DNA of 64,000 nucleotides from Octopus sinensis. Lineage: Eukaryota. Both the position numbers and the translations under genes were made by a program. The notes beneath the pieces are model-generated. The model was not told where the DNA came from. It did not search any database and saw nothing but the letters and a program-made list of their open reading frames with translations. The number at the start of each line of letters is the position of its first letter. Positions within the stretch are counted from its first letter, which is position 1. The stretch covers positions 20,212,001 through 20,276,000 of the forward strand of contig NC_043013.1 in the NCBI RefSeq assembly GCF_006345805.1. The letters are read 5' to 3'. This document shows positions 38,486 to 53,159 of this stretch, piece after piece.

Positions 38486-38796
38486 ACCAGTGAAATACCA
38501 GTTAATGAAACATCACAAATAATGTGAGCTTAGATAAAACCACAGTGTGTTTTTTTTTTCTGCATTTGAAGTAAAAGGGCATTTACTGACCCTTTTTAGG
38601 GTCAGTATGAATAGTGAGAAGGGAGGAACTCATTTTCAGATGTGAAAAGTTAGCCTGATTACTTGAAATTGGCTGATAGATTAAGTTAATGAGTTATGCT
38701 GAACAGTTAGCAACACATCGCATGCAGGGGAAGCTATGAAGTCAGTACCACTGTGTGTGTGTGTGTGTATATATTTTCTCGTTTATTTCTCTCTCT

Positions 38797-38998
38797 CTTA
38801 ATTGTTTCATTCATTCGACTGTGGCCATGCTGGAGCACCGACTTTAGTCGAGCAAATCAACCCCAGGACTTATTCTTTGTAAGCTTAGTACTTATTCTAT
38901 CGGTCTCTTTTGCTGAACCGCTAACATATGGGGATGTAAACACACCACCATCGGTTGTCAAGTGATGTTGGGAGGGGGGGACAAACACAGATACACAA

Positions 38999-39059
<61 letters not shown>

Positions 39060-39233
39060 TACATACATACGACGGACTTCTTTCAGTTTCTGTCTACCAA
39101 ATCCACTCACAAGGGTTTGGTTGGCCCGAGGCTTTAGTAGAAGACACTTGCCCAAGGTGCCGCACAGTGGGACTGAACCCAGAACCATGTGGTTGGTAAG
39201 CAAGCTACTTATTACACAGCCACTCCTATGCCT
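38797..39233 (-). mobile_element. SINE family A, full length
   Basis: Reverse complement of the bipartite A structure. Confidence 0.8.
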
Positions 39234-40456
39234 AATAATAAGGATTATTATGAAGTAGCATTAGTTTGAAACATAGGTTTGAAGACTGGAAGCTTTATAT
39301 AAAATACCCAATGTTATATTTTATTTGCAATATATTATTATTACTTACAGTGATATGGTGGGATTCTATAAAAATTATTGGGTAATTATATCTCTATGTT
39401 GCATATATTTGAATAATACTTGGGCATAAGAGTTTCAATTTTTTTAAAATGTTCCCAACTTTTGGCCATTACTGTAGTATAGATTGGAATATGTATATAG
39501 TTAACTAAGCACAGTTCAAACAGTGTTTATCTATCTGCATCAATAACGATACGGTATAGATTAGAAGATGTATCTAGTTAATTATGCACACTAAGCAATG
39601 TTTAGTCCATCTATACCATACACCAGTACAGTATAAAATAGCTGTGTATACAGTTTTCTTCACACACAGCTAGAGATTATTCATTGACACCACACACCTC
39701 TACCCAGCATTGTCTGAAGGCATAGATACAATAGATATTCACCCAGAGGTCTCATAGGCCTAGGGGCCTAATTATGATCTTTGCATTTTGTGATTTGTTA
39801 TCAGTAAATGAATGTAATAGAATCTAATGCAGTGGTTTGCCCTGGGGCAAATTACTGTAAAGATGGCTCTGCCTCCAGCACCATGAAAAAAAAATTGGAA
39901 ATAAGTTTGGTCTTTTTCCAATAAAATCTCTTTTACTGAAAGCAACAGCAATAATTAAAAGTAAACCCTGCTGATAGGAAAGGGGGAAAAGCTTTGCTGT
40001 TGGGTTTATGAGTTTACTTCACAGCAAGGTGGTTTTCAGCTCAGTCCTACTGCATGGCACCTTGAGAGGATTCTACCATAACCTCAGAAGTTTTGTGAGT
40101 GGAATTTGGTAGGCATTAACCTTTTTGATACTCTCCTCCCCAAAATGCCCCTGGTTTTACGATGCGAACCAGTTGTTTCAAAGAGATCTAAACTTAAAAC
40201 TTTCCATTGGAGTTTTACAGGCTGTTCCGAGCACCAGATTAATGATGACGAAGTTACTTTGTGAGATACTTAATTATATTCTAAATTAATTGAAGCAAAA
40301 GCTGTGTATTTCAACAGAAGTGTTAAAACATGTTCAGAAGCTTGTCGCAAGGGCCATTCAGTTTAGTTACCCAGGTACTTCTTACAAGTCTGGAAATTTC
40401 ATTAAGTTACTTTTCCTCCTTTGACTAAGCTGTAAACCCCACTCTCACAAAGAAAT

Positions 40457-40873
40457 GCCTATTTCTTTACTACCCACAAGGGGCTAAACACAGCGGAGAC
40501 AAACAAGGACAAATGGATTAAGTCGATTACATCAGCCCCAGTGCGTAACTGGTACTTAATTTATCGACCCCCATAAGGATGAAAGGCAAATTTGACCTCG
40601 GCAGAATTTAAACTCAGAACATAGCGGCAGACAAAATACCTATTTCTTTACTACCCACAAGGGGCTAAACACAGAGAGGACAAACAAGAACAGACCAATG
40701 GATTAAGTCGATTACATCAACCCCAGTGCATAACTGGTACTTTATTTATCGACCCCGAAAGGATGTAAGGCAAAGTTGACCTCGGCGGAATTTGAACTCA
40801 AAACGTAATAGCAGACGAAATACGGCTAGGCATTTCAACCGGTGTGCTAACATTTCTGCCAGCTGGCTGCCTT
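40457..40873 (-). mobile_element. Head-to-tail dimer of family D SINE inside one 14-bp target-site duplication
   Basis: TCTCACAAAGAAAT at 40443-40456 and 40874-40887; monomer junction at TACC 40637-40640. Confidence 0.85.
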
Positions 40874-40893
40874 TCTCACAAAGAAATATCATT

Positions 40894-41190
40894 AGAGTTT
40901 AGGACTAGTTTCTGTATTTGAGATGTTCTTGGAGAGGTTAAGATCATCTTCGGGTGCTGAGACCTTCTGGTAAAAGTTAGAACTAGTTTTTGATGTTGAG
41001 ACCCTCTGGAAAATGTTAGGACCAGATTCTGGCATTGAAATTTTCTGGTAGAAGTTTGGGTTAATTTCTGGTGTTCAGATCCTCTGGAAGAGGTTAGGAT
41101 CAGCTTCTAATACTGGGATTTGATAGAAGTTAGGACCAGCACCTGGTTTTGAGATCTTACACTAGGAGCAAGGATTAGCTTCCAAAAGAC
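40894..41190. repeat. Degenerate 39-bp minisatellite, about 7 units
   Basis: Recurrent GAGA.C.TCTGG.A.AAGTTAGGA.CAG units. Confidence 0.65.
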
Positions 41191-43394
41191 ATGAAACTTT
41201 AAATAAATTCAGCCTATGGGAATAACTTCATAGTTATTACATTAACAACTGCAACATCAACAACAAGAATAATTGTTTTTCATTTTGGCACAAGATAATT
41301 AGTTAACATAATTAACACTGGAAGTATTTAAAAAAATAATAGTGAGTATAAATGTGTTGATATATACAGGTGTTTGTGTATATACAGGTGTTTGTGTAAG
41401 TGTACAGCGAGAGCAAGAAAGAGACTGAGAGGGGGAGAGGAAAAAGAGGGAGGAACAAATAAATGTGTAGGTGTACAAATTAATTGTATTCATCAGTTAG
41501 AATGTAAAGGACCTTCTAGTGGTCCTTAAGGATGACTGATGGCTTGCATGGTGGCTTTGTTTAAGTGTTGCACACCATCAACCTCACTCACTCCTCTGTC
41601 CCTGTCCTCAGTCCAAGAGTAAGATCAAATCAAGATGACTGAGGATGGAGACAGATGCAATGGATGATGAAGATGTCTTACTCATCTCGTCTCATTCTCT
41701 GCTCTCCATAAGGCATTGCTACAGTCATCTTCTCCTTCATTGTATCATGAAGTTTCTTTTGCAGAGTCCATTGGATCCTGTCCTCACATGCATATGTAGG
41801 CATAGGCAAGCCCTAATATGTTGATTAAGCCATAGGTGGGACCCTGACAGGTGCTCCTACTCTGGGTCAAACCTGGGAACAATAGTAGCTAAGACATGAC
41901 TTCACACTCCCAAAAACTCTGGAACTCCCAGATCAAAGCTCCACTTCCAGATGCCTTTCATTCTCATACTAGTTAATATTGACATATTTAATACACAGAT
42001 CATTAAAAATATCTATAATTAACGATGCGTTGAAGGGGGAAAGAAAAAACATAAGTCAGCGAGTAAATATTATCTTCATTTTCCTGGCAAATACAAGAAA
42101 CAAATGTAAACTGGTTTCAGTCTTGTTTGAAGCTCATCAGTAAAGTTTATATTTCAATATAGTTGCTGGTACAGTAATTGGAATATCACATAGTAATTAT
42201 AGAAAATTGATTAGTGTAAGAAAATAATCAATTGTTTAGAGTATCAATAATTAAAAGACAATATAATTGGTGATTGATCACACAACTAAATATTTGTATG
42301 ATCAATAACTGAAACTGTCAACATTGTGGCAGAATTTGTAACAACAGAGTAGCGATCGAAATGTAATAATTGAAGCAAAGCTAATTAACTGTTGTTAATG
42401 AGAAAATAAATAATGGATTAATTTATTTGTTAAAAAGCAAACGAACTAAAGCCAGCACCAGTCATCTTTTAGTGTTTGCTGTAGTTGCAGGAATAATTCC
42501 TTGTAATGGTGCTTCCTTTCACTGTATTTCCTGCACCTGCAGACTTCTGTGAAATACTCAAAGAGGAGACAAAACAGTTTCTAAATATTCTCTTATCACA
42601 GAATTTCATTAAAGATTTAGCATTTTATTATAATTTTAGAGTTGATTCCAGGAATGGTATGGGCTGGTATGGAGTGGAATAGGACAAACAAAAGCAAATA
42701 TTGGAAAGATTTAGAATTGTATTCTAGTTTTAGAAGTGAAGAATACTAGAAGAATATGAGTGATAAAGGATTGTGAGATGAAACTGTTTGGTTATCAAGT
42801 GGAGGTCGGTATGTTACCAAAGTTATTTGAAATATTAATGCTTATTTTATGGTTTCTATGGCAATCTATTGGCATTTTTGGTTAGGAAGAGTTCACAGAA
42901 AACTAAAAAAGAATCTGAAATACTCATTGATCTTTGGATAAAGAACACACAGTTATTTCTGTATTTCTCTTCAAGATGACATTTTAACTATTTCAGTGCC
43001 GTGTGTAAGAATAATGCTACACAACCGTTTTGCTTTTGAAATATATCCAGGAATTGTAAATGGTTTGTTAAGTTGTACAATGTCTGACAAGTCTGTAACA
43101 GAATGAGAAAATGTCTGGGATGTACCAAATATAGACGCTAATACTGCTGGTGCTTCCTTCTCGAATATACATTCTTAACATGACACAGACTACCCTATAA
43201 TATTACACAAGCACACACACACACACACACACAAAACATACACACAGCACATAACACAACACACACACAGAACATAACATAACACACACACACACACACT
43301 AATATACCATGTATGCACTCACACATGTTAATATGCTACAGACACTATACAACCTCAACACACTCACACACACATACCATGACCACTGAAACAT

Positions 43395-43900
43395 CATCAT
43401 CATCATCTTTTGACGGTCACTGTCCATGCTGGCATGGGTTGGACGTTTGACCAGAGCTGACCAGCTGGAAGGCTGCACCAGACTCCAGTCTGATTTAGCA
43501 TGCTTTATACAGCTGGATGCCCTTCCTAATGCCAACCACCCCAAGAGTGTTATGGGTGCTTTCCCATGCCACTGGCAAAGATGCCATTTGCATGACATCA
43601 GTATCTACCATGAATACAGTTTTACCTGGCTTGATGGATCACCACACAATGCCAAAGCCAAAGGTCTCAGTCATTCATCATTACCTCTGTGAGACCCATC
43701 ATTCAAAAGGTGCTTTTCATGTGCCACCAGCATTGGCCATCTTGCCTCCAGAAGGCCCAACAATTGAAAGATGATTTTACGTGCCACTGGCACAGATGTC
43801 AGTTATGCATCAGCCACGACTATGATTTCACCTGGCTTGATGGGTCTTCTCAAACACAGAATATCACCAGAGGTCCCAGTCACTAGTCATTGCCTCATAT
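43395..43900 (-). mobile_element. Family B-related copy, long variant
   Basis: (CAT)n followed by the reverse complement of the B 3' end. Confidence 0.65.
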
Positions 43901-45454
43901 AAAAATACATCACACACACACACACATTTATGTTAATATCTTATAGGCATTACATAATTACAACATACTAATACATCATAGATACACATATACCATAAAC
44001 ACTACTCATCACAACACACTTATACATGATATACACATACAGATGTACCTTATACAATAAACAATCATTTTGAGTCAGTGAATGCGGCTTCTAGAGTGAC
44101 ACCAAAATTGCTTGAAATAGCAGCTAAATCTATGAAAATCTTTTTTTTTTTATTGCCCACAATGGGCTAAACATGGAGGGGACAAACAAGGTCAGACGAA
44201 GGGATTAAGTTGATTACATCGACTCCAGTGTGTAATTAGTACTTAATTTATTGACTACGAAAAGATGAAAGTCAACCTTGGCAGAATTTGAACTCAGAAC
44301 GTAACAGCAGACAAAATACCACTAAGCATTTCGCCTGGTGTGCTAACGTTTCTGCCATCTCACCACCTATGAAAATCATCACTTGCCTCTCTTAGAAAAC
44401 ATGATACTTTGTCGTACCTGGAATATTTCAAGTCTGAGTTCCTCAGACCAAGGTGCCAATTAAAAAGCATTGGTGTGGGTGCTGGTGCCATGTAAAAAGC
44501 ACCCTGTAGACTTAGTAGGGTGGCTGACATTAGGAAGGGCATCCAGCTGTAAAAACCAAGCCAAAACAGACTGTGGAACCTGGTGCTGCCACTGGTCTTT
44601 TCTGTTGCTGTCAAGCCATCCAACCCATGCCAGCATGGAGAACAGATGTTAAATGTTGGTGGTGGTGATGATGATGATGATCTCAGGATTCATCTGAAAG
44701 CTAAACAAACAACAAAGAATGGTATATTTGATAATGTAATCCTAGATACACTATGCCTGAATAAATAAGTGTATAATCATGGCTAGAACATGATTGGTCA
44801 CCTTGGTTCCTGGATCTTCTGTTATTACTGTTATGTGGTAAAGCAGCAAGCTGGCAGAATCGTTAGCACGCCGGGTGAAATGCTTAGCAGTATTTCGTCT
44901 GTTGCTATGTTCTGAGTTCAAATTCCACTGAGGTTGACTTTGCCTTTTATCCTTTTGGGGTCAGTAAAATAAGTACCAGTTGAACACTGGGACTGATGTA
45001 ATCAACTATTGCCTATCCCAAAATTTCAGGCCTTGTGCCTATAGTAGAAAGGATTATAGTTATGTGGTAAGAAGCTTGCTTCCCAACCACACGGTTTTGG
45101 GTTCAGTTCCACTGTGTGGCACCTTGGGCAAATGTCTTCTACTATAGCCTTGGACCAACCAAAGTCTTGTGAGTGGATTTGATAGACAGAAACTGAATGA
45201 AGCTTTCCATGTGTGTGTGTGTGTGTGTCTGTCTTTCTGTCTGTCTGTGTTTGTCCCCCACTATTGCTTGACGACTGATGCTGGTATGCTTACGTCCTTG
45301 TAACTTAGGAGTTTGGCAAAAGAGACTGATATAATAAGTACAAAGCTTACAAAGAATAAGTCCTGGGAGGTTGTTAATCCCAATCCCTCCTCCAAAATCG
45401 TTGGCCTTGGGCCAAAATTTAAAACCATCATTATTAGTAGTAGTACTGCTGCTG

Positions 45455-45485
<31 letters not shown>

Positions 45486-46686
45486 TACCACCATCACCAC
45501 TACCATCACCACCGCCACCACCACCACTACTACTAAGATGGTGAGCTGGGAGAACTGTTAGTATACTGGATGAAATGCTTAGTGGTATCTCGTCTGTCTT
45601 TACGTTCTGAGTTCAAATCCTGCTGAGGTCAACTTTACCATTCATCCTTTTGGGGGACGATAAAACAAGTAGCAGTTCAACACCAAGGTCGATCTCATTG
45701 ACTCATCTCCTCCCTCAAAATTGCTGCCCTTGAATTCTAGACAAAACTTGGAAATCAATGATTAATGTATGATTGTTCTGCTGTCCAGCACTTTCCTTTC
45801 GCAACCATCAGGGCAGGCCTTACACTTCAAAATTTGTTTACCACAAATACATCAAAATATTGTCAAAATACAATGCTAGAAACCAAATAAAATTTAACAA
45901 ATGAGCTTTCGAAAATATTTGGTCATTTTAGTTTATCGTTTGTCACTTTTCTGGAATTCAAATAATTTTATTCCAAGCCAAGCATTTTGAAAACTGACAT
46001 TACTAATGAATAATGGGTAGCAAAGTGTATAAAGACACCAGCTTATCTTAGTCCAGTGGTTGTCATCGTGATATGGTTCACTGGTGCAATGCAACAGGTA
46101 TCTAGAGGAGGCCTGGATATATCATTTAATTCTTCAGAAAATCCATATTGATAGATTTGATGTCTTGGAATACTGGTGAAATACCATATTGAAATATTGT
46201 ATATTCTGAAACACTCTGTTGAAAATGCTACATTATTCATTTGATGAATGACCAAATGCTCATACGTCGAATATGAACAATAAAAAAAGGGTAAGCAATA
46301 ATTTTCTGTATTTTTTTTTTCCTGAATATCTAAATTTAAAGCAGCTTTTTTTCTTTGTTACTTTTAAGTTTCCATATAAAGTGTGGTAGCACGTCATATA
46401 TACATAGTTCAGGTTCAGCCCCACTGTGTGACATTTTGAGCAAACATCTTCTATAGCCTTGGGCTGCCCAAAGCCTTGTGGATAGATTTAATTGATGGAA
46501 ACTATAATAAATGCAGTTGTGTGTGTGTGTGTGCATACAAAGGTATGTGTGTGTAAATATATATATATATACATGATCTAAGTCATATGATATATAAAAA
46601 ATGTAATATACAAATAAATATCTGTAAATATAAACCATCCGATTTTCTGAGTACCTCATTTCTTCTAATATATATATATATATCTT

Positions 46687-46881
46687 ATTTTATGTAGAAA
46701 AATACAAACTGGGACAAGAACGTAAAACATTTAGAAGACGATACAAAAAACACGGATGGGACATTTGAAGCCTTCAATCTTGACTGAAGATTGAAGGCTT
46801 TGAATGTCCCATCCGTGTTTTTTGTATCGTCTTCTAAATGTTTTACGTTCTTGTCCCAGTTTGTATTTTTCTACATAAAAT
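46687..46881. mobile_element. Fold-back insert with 95-bp arms (46687-46781 / 46787-46881), probably a PLE pLTR remnant
   Basis: Arms are reverse complements except at one TT(C)GAA site; 5-nt spacer GACTG; (TA)n on both sides; CTGAAGA near the centre but no complete hammerhead. Confidence 0.75.
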
Positions 46882-47229
46882 GATATATATAGTGGCGTCC
46901 GTACCCTCATTGCCTTATAGTAAATATATATATATATATATATACATACATATATATCAAGAATTCTTGATTTTTATATAATTTTCATCTGTCTTGCCCG
47001 CCTATGTTCTGGTGTTCGCTGAATTTTCTCTAGAGAACATTCTTTCTTTGTAGTTAGATCATATGTGATCTTCTTCTAGCGTATGGTTATCCACCTAGTG
47101 GTTTTAGCCCTAAATATACATATGTATTGAAATTTTTTCTGATTTTTCAGATTTATATATGCTAGGCTACTGGTTTTAAATTTATATTAATTGAATAATA
47201 TTCAATTTATCTTCCTCATTATCTAAATG

Positions 47230-47273
<44 letters not shown>

Positions 47274-47551
47274 GGGGTAGGTTTGAAGCCTAGTGGTTAG
47301 GGTTGTTGCCCTCAAGATTGCAAGATTGTTGGTTCAATTCTTGGACTGGGTGGGCATTGTGTCCTCGAGCAAAACATTTCATCTTGTTGCCCTGCGACCA
47401 CTTTAACACCTGACATGTAATATACCGTGCACCTATTCAGGCAAATGTCAATTTGATCACTATAAATAAATCTTCTGTCCAGGTTGCTCAGCAAGATGTT
47501 GCAGAACAGTCTTTTTCAGACTATGACAGACTACCATTAAATGTACCAAAA

Positions 47552-47936
47552 TCTGCATATATAAAAGGCAGGATGTGTGTGTTTGTGTGTGTAAGTGAAT
47601 GTAATTTATGCACATCCACAAATTAGCATGCATGTTGCTCCAATTTTAGGAGGACATTCACCATGATCCTAGCTGTATTTTCGTCAAATTATTGTAACCA
47701 GAGGCACCAGTGAATAGCTATAAAAATGAATTTTCAACCAAAACTTTTAACAATTTTCAAGTCGGAGAAATCCCCATTGTTTGCAAACAGGAGTTAAGTC
47801 TCCTTCTAGCGACGAGGAAGTTTTTATTAAGACTTTTGTTGTTTTTTTTCATCGAGGAAAAGAGTGTTTTGTTCATATACAGGCAACACACACAAACATG
47901 TATACAATAGGTGTATGTACGTATGTGTGTGTTGCC

Positions 47937-47971
<35 letters not shown>

Positions 47972-48095
47972 AACCAATTTCAATGGATTTTGCCAAAATT
48001 TGACGTCGATGTTACTTAGTTTGGTTTGAAATAAAGAACTTGATTAGCTTAATAATCCTAACTTAATCCTGTGAAAAGCCTGGTTATACTGCTAG
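47552..48095 (+). mobile_element. Non-autonomous Helitron
   Basis: A|TCTGCATATATAAAA 5' end; 3' end ..ATACTGCTAG|T shared with the 22658 element; hairpin degenerate. Confidence 0.65.
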
Positions 48096-49167
48096 TGTAT
48101 ATATAAAATAGAAAATTACTATTTGTAAATCTCTCAATGAGAGAAATTCAGTAACAGTACTCTGGAGTAAAGATTATTTGTCAACATAATGTGTCAGTCC
48201 TGGCTAGGATGAATGTTACTGCTATTTAGCCCCAGGAAGCATCATCTCCAGCTGGCCATATGAAACACTATCTGTGTCCTAATATTTTCGAACAAGAGTG
48301 AGTGTGTGTATGTTTGTGCCTCCATGCCTTGACATCATGAGATAATTGTAAACGAGTGTCACTGTTATACAAGCAGTGTCATTTGTTTCCAATCTTTTGT
48401 GAAAACCCACCTGACCATTGGGAAATATTACCTTGCTTGGAAACAGGTGACGGTTGGTGGCAAGAAGGACATCGGGCTGCTGAAAGAAGGGCATCTGTCT
48501 GACCCATTCAAGTATGGAAAAGTGACTGTTAAAATATTGATGGTCTCTGGTGTAGTGCAAGTACTAAGATCCCCTTGGGAGTCAGGGATAAACTTTGAAG
48601 ATAGTTTTATGATAAAAGGTTTGCTAAATATTGCAGTGAAAGAAGAAGAAGAGACAAATAAAAGATTTAATGATGCTCTTGCTGTTTAACCCTAGGTCAC
48701 CTGTGATCATACAGACCTGTTCTTAAAGACATATTGCACATAACCATACTATCTGTTTTTATTCAAGCTTAGTAGGTTCAGTTTGATATTGTTTAACCTT
48801 AGGTTCTCTCTACCTGAGGAGATCTATAATTAAAGACATTCCAATTATAACCGACCTATATTTTTTTCCCATGTTTTTCAGCCACTCTGTATCTTAGACA
48901 ATATTATCCATTGGGAGATTTGGTTGCTATTTTTAGCAGAAGTAGTAACTACATAAAGCCAGATACACTTTACTTTGGTTTCTCTACCCCTAAATGACAT
49001 GGTTTTAACTGCAAGTTTAAGTTATTTTGTTTTATTTGTTTATTACCTTCCAAACGTTTTGGAAAGGCATCAACCCCACACAATCACATTTCTCATCATA
49101 AACCTGAAATGTCGACATTTCTACATACTGTGAGGTGGTATTCATCAAGGCCTAAAATGAACTACAG

Positions 49168-49553
49168 AGGCATGGCTGTGAGGTAAGAAGCCTGCTTCCC
49201 AACCACATGGTTCCAGGTTCAGTCCCACTGCAAAGCACCTTGGGCAAGTGTCTTCTACTATAGTCTCAGGCCGACCAAAGTCTTGTGAGTAGATTTGGTG
49301 GATGGAAACTGAAAAAGCTTATCTTGTATGTGCACATGTGTGTGTGTGTGTGTTGTCTTGCATCACCGCTTGATGAGTGGTGTTGGTTTGCTTACATTCC
49401 TTTAACTTAGTGGTTTGGCAAAAGAGACAAAAACAATAATCACAAGCTTAAAAAAGCTAAGTACTGGGGTTGACTCATTCAACTAAAAATTCTTCAAGGC
49501 AGTGCTCCAGCATGGCCACAGTCTAATAACTGAAACCAATGAAAGATAAAAGA
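49168..49553 (+). mobile_element. SINE family A, full length
   Basis: Complete bipartite structure. Confidence 0.8.
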
Positions 49554-50353
49554 TCTATATACTCCCCTCTTCCACCTTGTAAAGTGCCCTCATCTGTTGC
49601 TGGGGTAACAACATGATTGTTATTGTTCAACCCCAGATCAATGCTCAGTGAGTGGACCAAAGGAACTTCATCATTGACCACCCTGTCCTTATTCCTCCTA
49701 TGCGCAGGAAAAGGCGCTATTTCAGAAACATTTTGCTGCTATTTCTAGTAGCTTGAGTGGTCACATAGAGGTTCTTTTGTACATTTGTGTTGTTGTTGTT
49801 GTTGGTTGGTGATAACAGTAGATGACTGAATTAGAGAGGAGGACCGAATCCCATTTAACCTCTGTTTTGTTTTGAGTTCAAATCCTGCCAGGGTAAGGTT
49901 TGCCTTTCATCTTCCTACAAGGATAGGAAGCAATGGGGGAGGAATGAGTACCAGTAGTAAACTGGGGTCACATTAATCAACTGCCACTGTTAAATTAACA
50001 TTGCGTTCACTGTTAGGTGAAATGGTGGCATGATAGCATTAATAACTTATCACTGTATTCATTGTCATATAAACAAGTTGTGTTGTTCACTGTTAGGCCT
50101 ATATTATTTATACTGTCTAAGGCAGCAAAGTGACAGAAACGTTAGCATGCTGAGTAAAATGCTTGGTGGCATTTCATCCGTCTTTTCATTTGGAGTTCAA
50201 ATTCCATTTAGGCCAACTTTGCTTTTCATCACTTTTGGGGTTGATAGAGGGATTTTTTTTTATTTCCCACATGGGGATTGTACATAGAGTGGGACAATAC
50301 AATCTGATTGGGGTCAGATGGACGGATTTCTCTAGTGACTTTTGATATCATAT

Positions 50354-50388
<35 letters not shown>

Positions 50389-52615
50389 AGGGAAAGCGTA
50401 AAAGCGGGATACAGGGAGCGTTAGCATAAGCGGTGCAGAATGAGTGAACATGCAGGGCTTGATGGCAGGCAATGAGTAAACGAGCACTACACATTCACAC
50501 AGATTCAGAGAAAGTGTGACAGAGACAAGGAAGAATAGGACAAGGAGAGTGAATACCTATACATATGTGTGTTTCTATATATCTAAACACACATAATATT
50601 TATACAACCCTGTTATATATATATATATAACATAAAGATGACATTAAAAATTCACAAAAATATAAATAAATCGAATGGTAGAACAGACTGGAAGACATTA
50701 CGGATGGAGTGGGGAGGCGGGTTCAATTCGGACCCCACAGGGTCCCGCCGCGCCACTGATACCTGATATACATCCTGCGTTGCATTCATGAGGTTACATT
50801 CACTCGCAACATCCGTGCTACATCCGTGCTACATCCTTCCATCGATTTTCAAACATTTTCACAGTCAGGCATTTTCTCTCCAACCCTATCTTCCATTTAA
50901 GGTGAAAGGTGAAATAATTCACCAAATTACGGCTGGAGATGAAAGTGCCTGACTTTAATCCTTTCTGTCCCGTCTTTGGGGTTGATAGAGTAAGTAACAG
51001 TTGAAGACCCCTTTCCTGAAATTGCTGGCCTTGTCCCCAAAATTCGAAAGCATTATTTACACAGTTAGGTTAACATTGTGTCCTCTTAAACATTAAACGT
51101 TCATTTTGTTCACTGTTCAAAGATTGGTTATAATTGTGTTCAGTTCAATTGAAAATAAACTCTTGTTTCCTCTATATACACCTTGTGTGTGTGAGTGTAT
51201 ATTTGCATGAATAATGTTTGTGTGTGTGAATGTAATCATGCATAAATATAAATATATGCGTATATATATATATATATGTGCATACATTCATATATACACA
51301 CACACATACACTACATACACACATATATGCACACGCACACAACATATTGATACTGACAAATAAACATTATCACCTCTTTCTCTATTTCTTCTCTTCTTTA
51401 ATGAGTGAATTTACAAAACACAACACCCACAAGAAATGAGTGATTATTTATGAATGTGGAATCGGTGAGCGAAGAAGCTGACAATTTTGTGTTGTCATTT
51501 TTTTTGTATTGTTTAATGATGCCATAAACCATGAAACCATTAAAGTGATCAGAATATTAAATATCTTTTAGAGTTTGGCAACAAGATTCTTCACTTTCTC
51601 ATTTGTCAGTTGTAAATGACAGACAAAACAACCTCTCCCCCTCCCCTCACTGTTCTTGTTTGTAATTCTGATTCATTCTTCACTCATTGGATGTGGCCAG
51701 ACTGGAGCATTGTCTTGATGATTCGGTTTTTGTCAGTCATATTGGCATCAATATTTTTATTTGCTCCTTGTTTCTTCAGATGGTTGAATTTTGCTTGAGT
51801 CATGTCCCCCTTTTTTTAGGGAGTTTCCTAACTTTAATGAGTAAATATTAATTTCAAATTTTGGCACAAGGCCAGCAATTTCGGGTTATGAAGGTCCATC
51901 TGAATAAAACAGGAATCAAGGGCATTCATAGATAAAAAATGGTTAAGGATCACGATTGCAGATAATTTCAAACTGCCTCAGAAGTTCCAACTTCTGATTT
52001 TAACCTCAGGATTTATTCCTGAAGCTTCCTTAATGACTGGGTATGGCTGCAAGGCAGCAGAGGTCTGGTATCGGGGTTTTCCGTCCCTTAGATGTGTTAA
52101 ACCCAGCCCCATCCTGGCCTGACAAGCTCCATCTGACAATCTGACTTGCTAATTAATCCACATAGCCCATAGCTGGGATCATGGTAGGTGTTTCTACTCT
52201 GGGTTTGAGTAGATCTGGGAACAGTAATAACAACTTAGAGGTGATTTTGTACCCTTCAGAATCCTGGAAACTTCTAATCTAGGGCACCCACTACAGGATA
52301 AAGTTTAAAATCATACACAGGACGAACAAAGAGTTCTACATTGGTGTATACTCCCTACCCACCCCACCTACCTCACAATCAATGTAATTTTACATCCATT
52401 GTCTGTGCTGGCTTGGGGTGGATGGGTCATCACAGTCCAAATCAGTTCTTGTTTTGAGTTAAATGCTTTTGCTGATGATGTCCCATGCATTCCTTGTGTG
52501 CCATTATTTCAGCAAGGACATTTTATTATAGCACTGGCACCGGCACTGCAGAAGTTTTTATGCTTCCTGATGGACTAATTAGGAATCTCCTCTACAGCTA
52601 CTACTACTATTACTA

Positions 52616-52668
<53 letters not shown>

Positions 52669-53159
52669 GATACACATACACACACACACAAAATGTATTT
52701 GGGCAAGTGTATGGGACTCTCGTTTTTCTTAGCAGCAGTTGTTTTCATTGTGGATGATAAATGATGCCAAATTAAAAAGACAGGATAACAAATCTATATA
52801 TATAAGTACTAAAAGATGAACGCACACACGCATGCACACACACACACACACACACACGTGATGGCGATGGGGTAAATATATCTGAATGAAATATCCAGTT
52901 GATATAATAATAAAAGTTAAGAAGTAAGTTTTAATACAATAAGGATGACTGTATAAAACATTGTCTCTGCTCCTATGGTACACTTGTGCCGTTTCTTGGT
53001 AGGCTTAAATAGACCAGTGGGGAAAAATAAATCAATTTTACTATAGAATTGACCGTGTAGTTTATCGACTGTCATTGCAAAAGCTGACCAAACTGGAAGC
53101 TGTAATCACAATAAGGCAAATGTTCAGAATGCTATTAAAAGTTCTGTGAATGATTCTAA

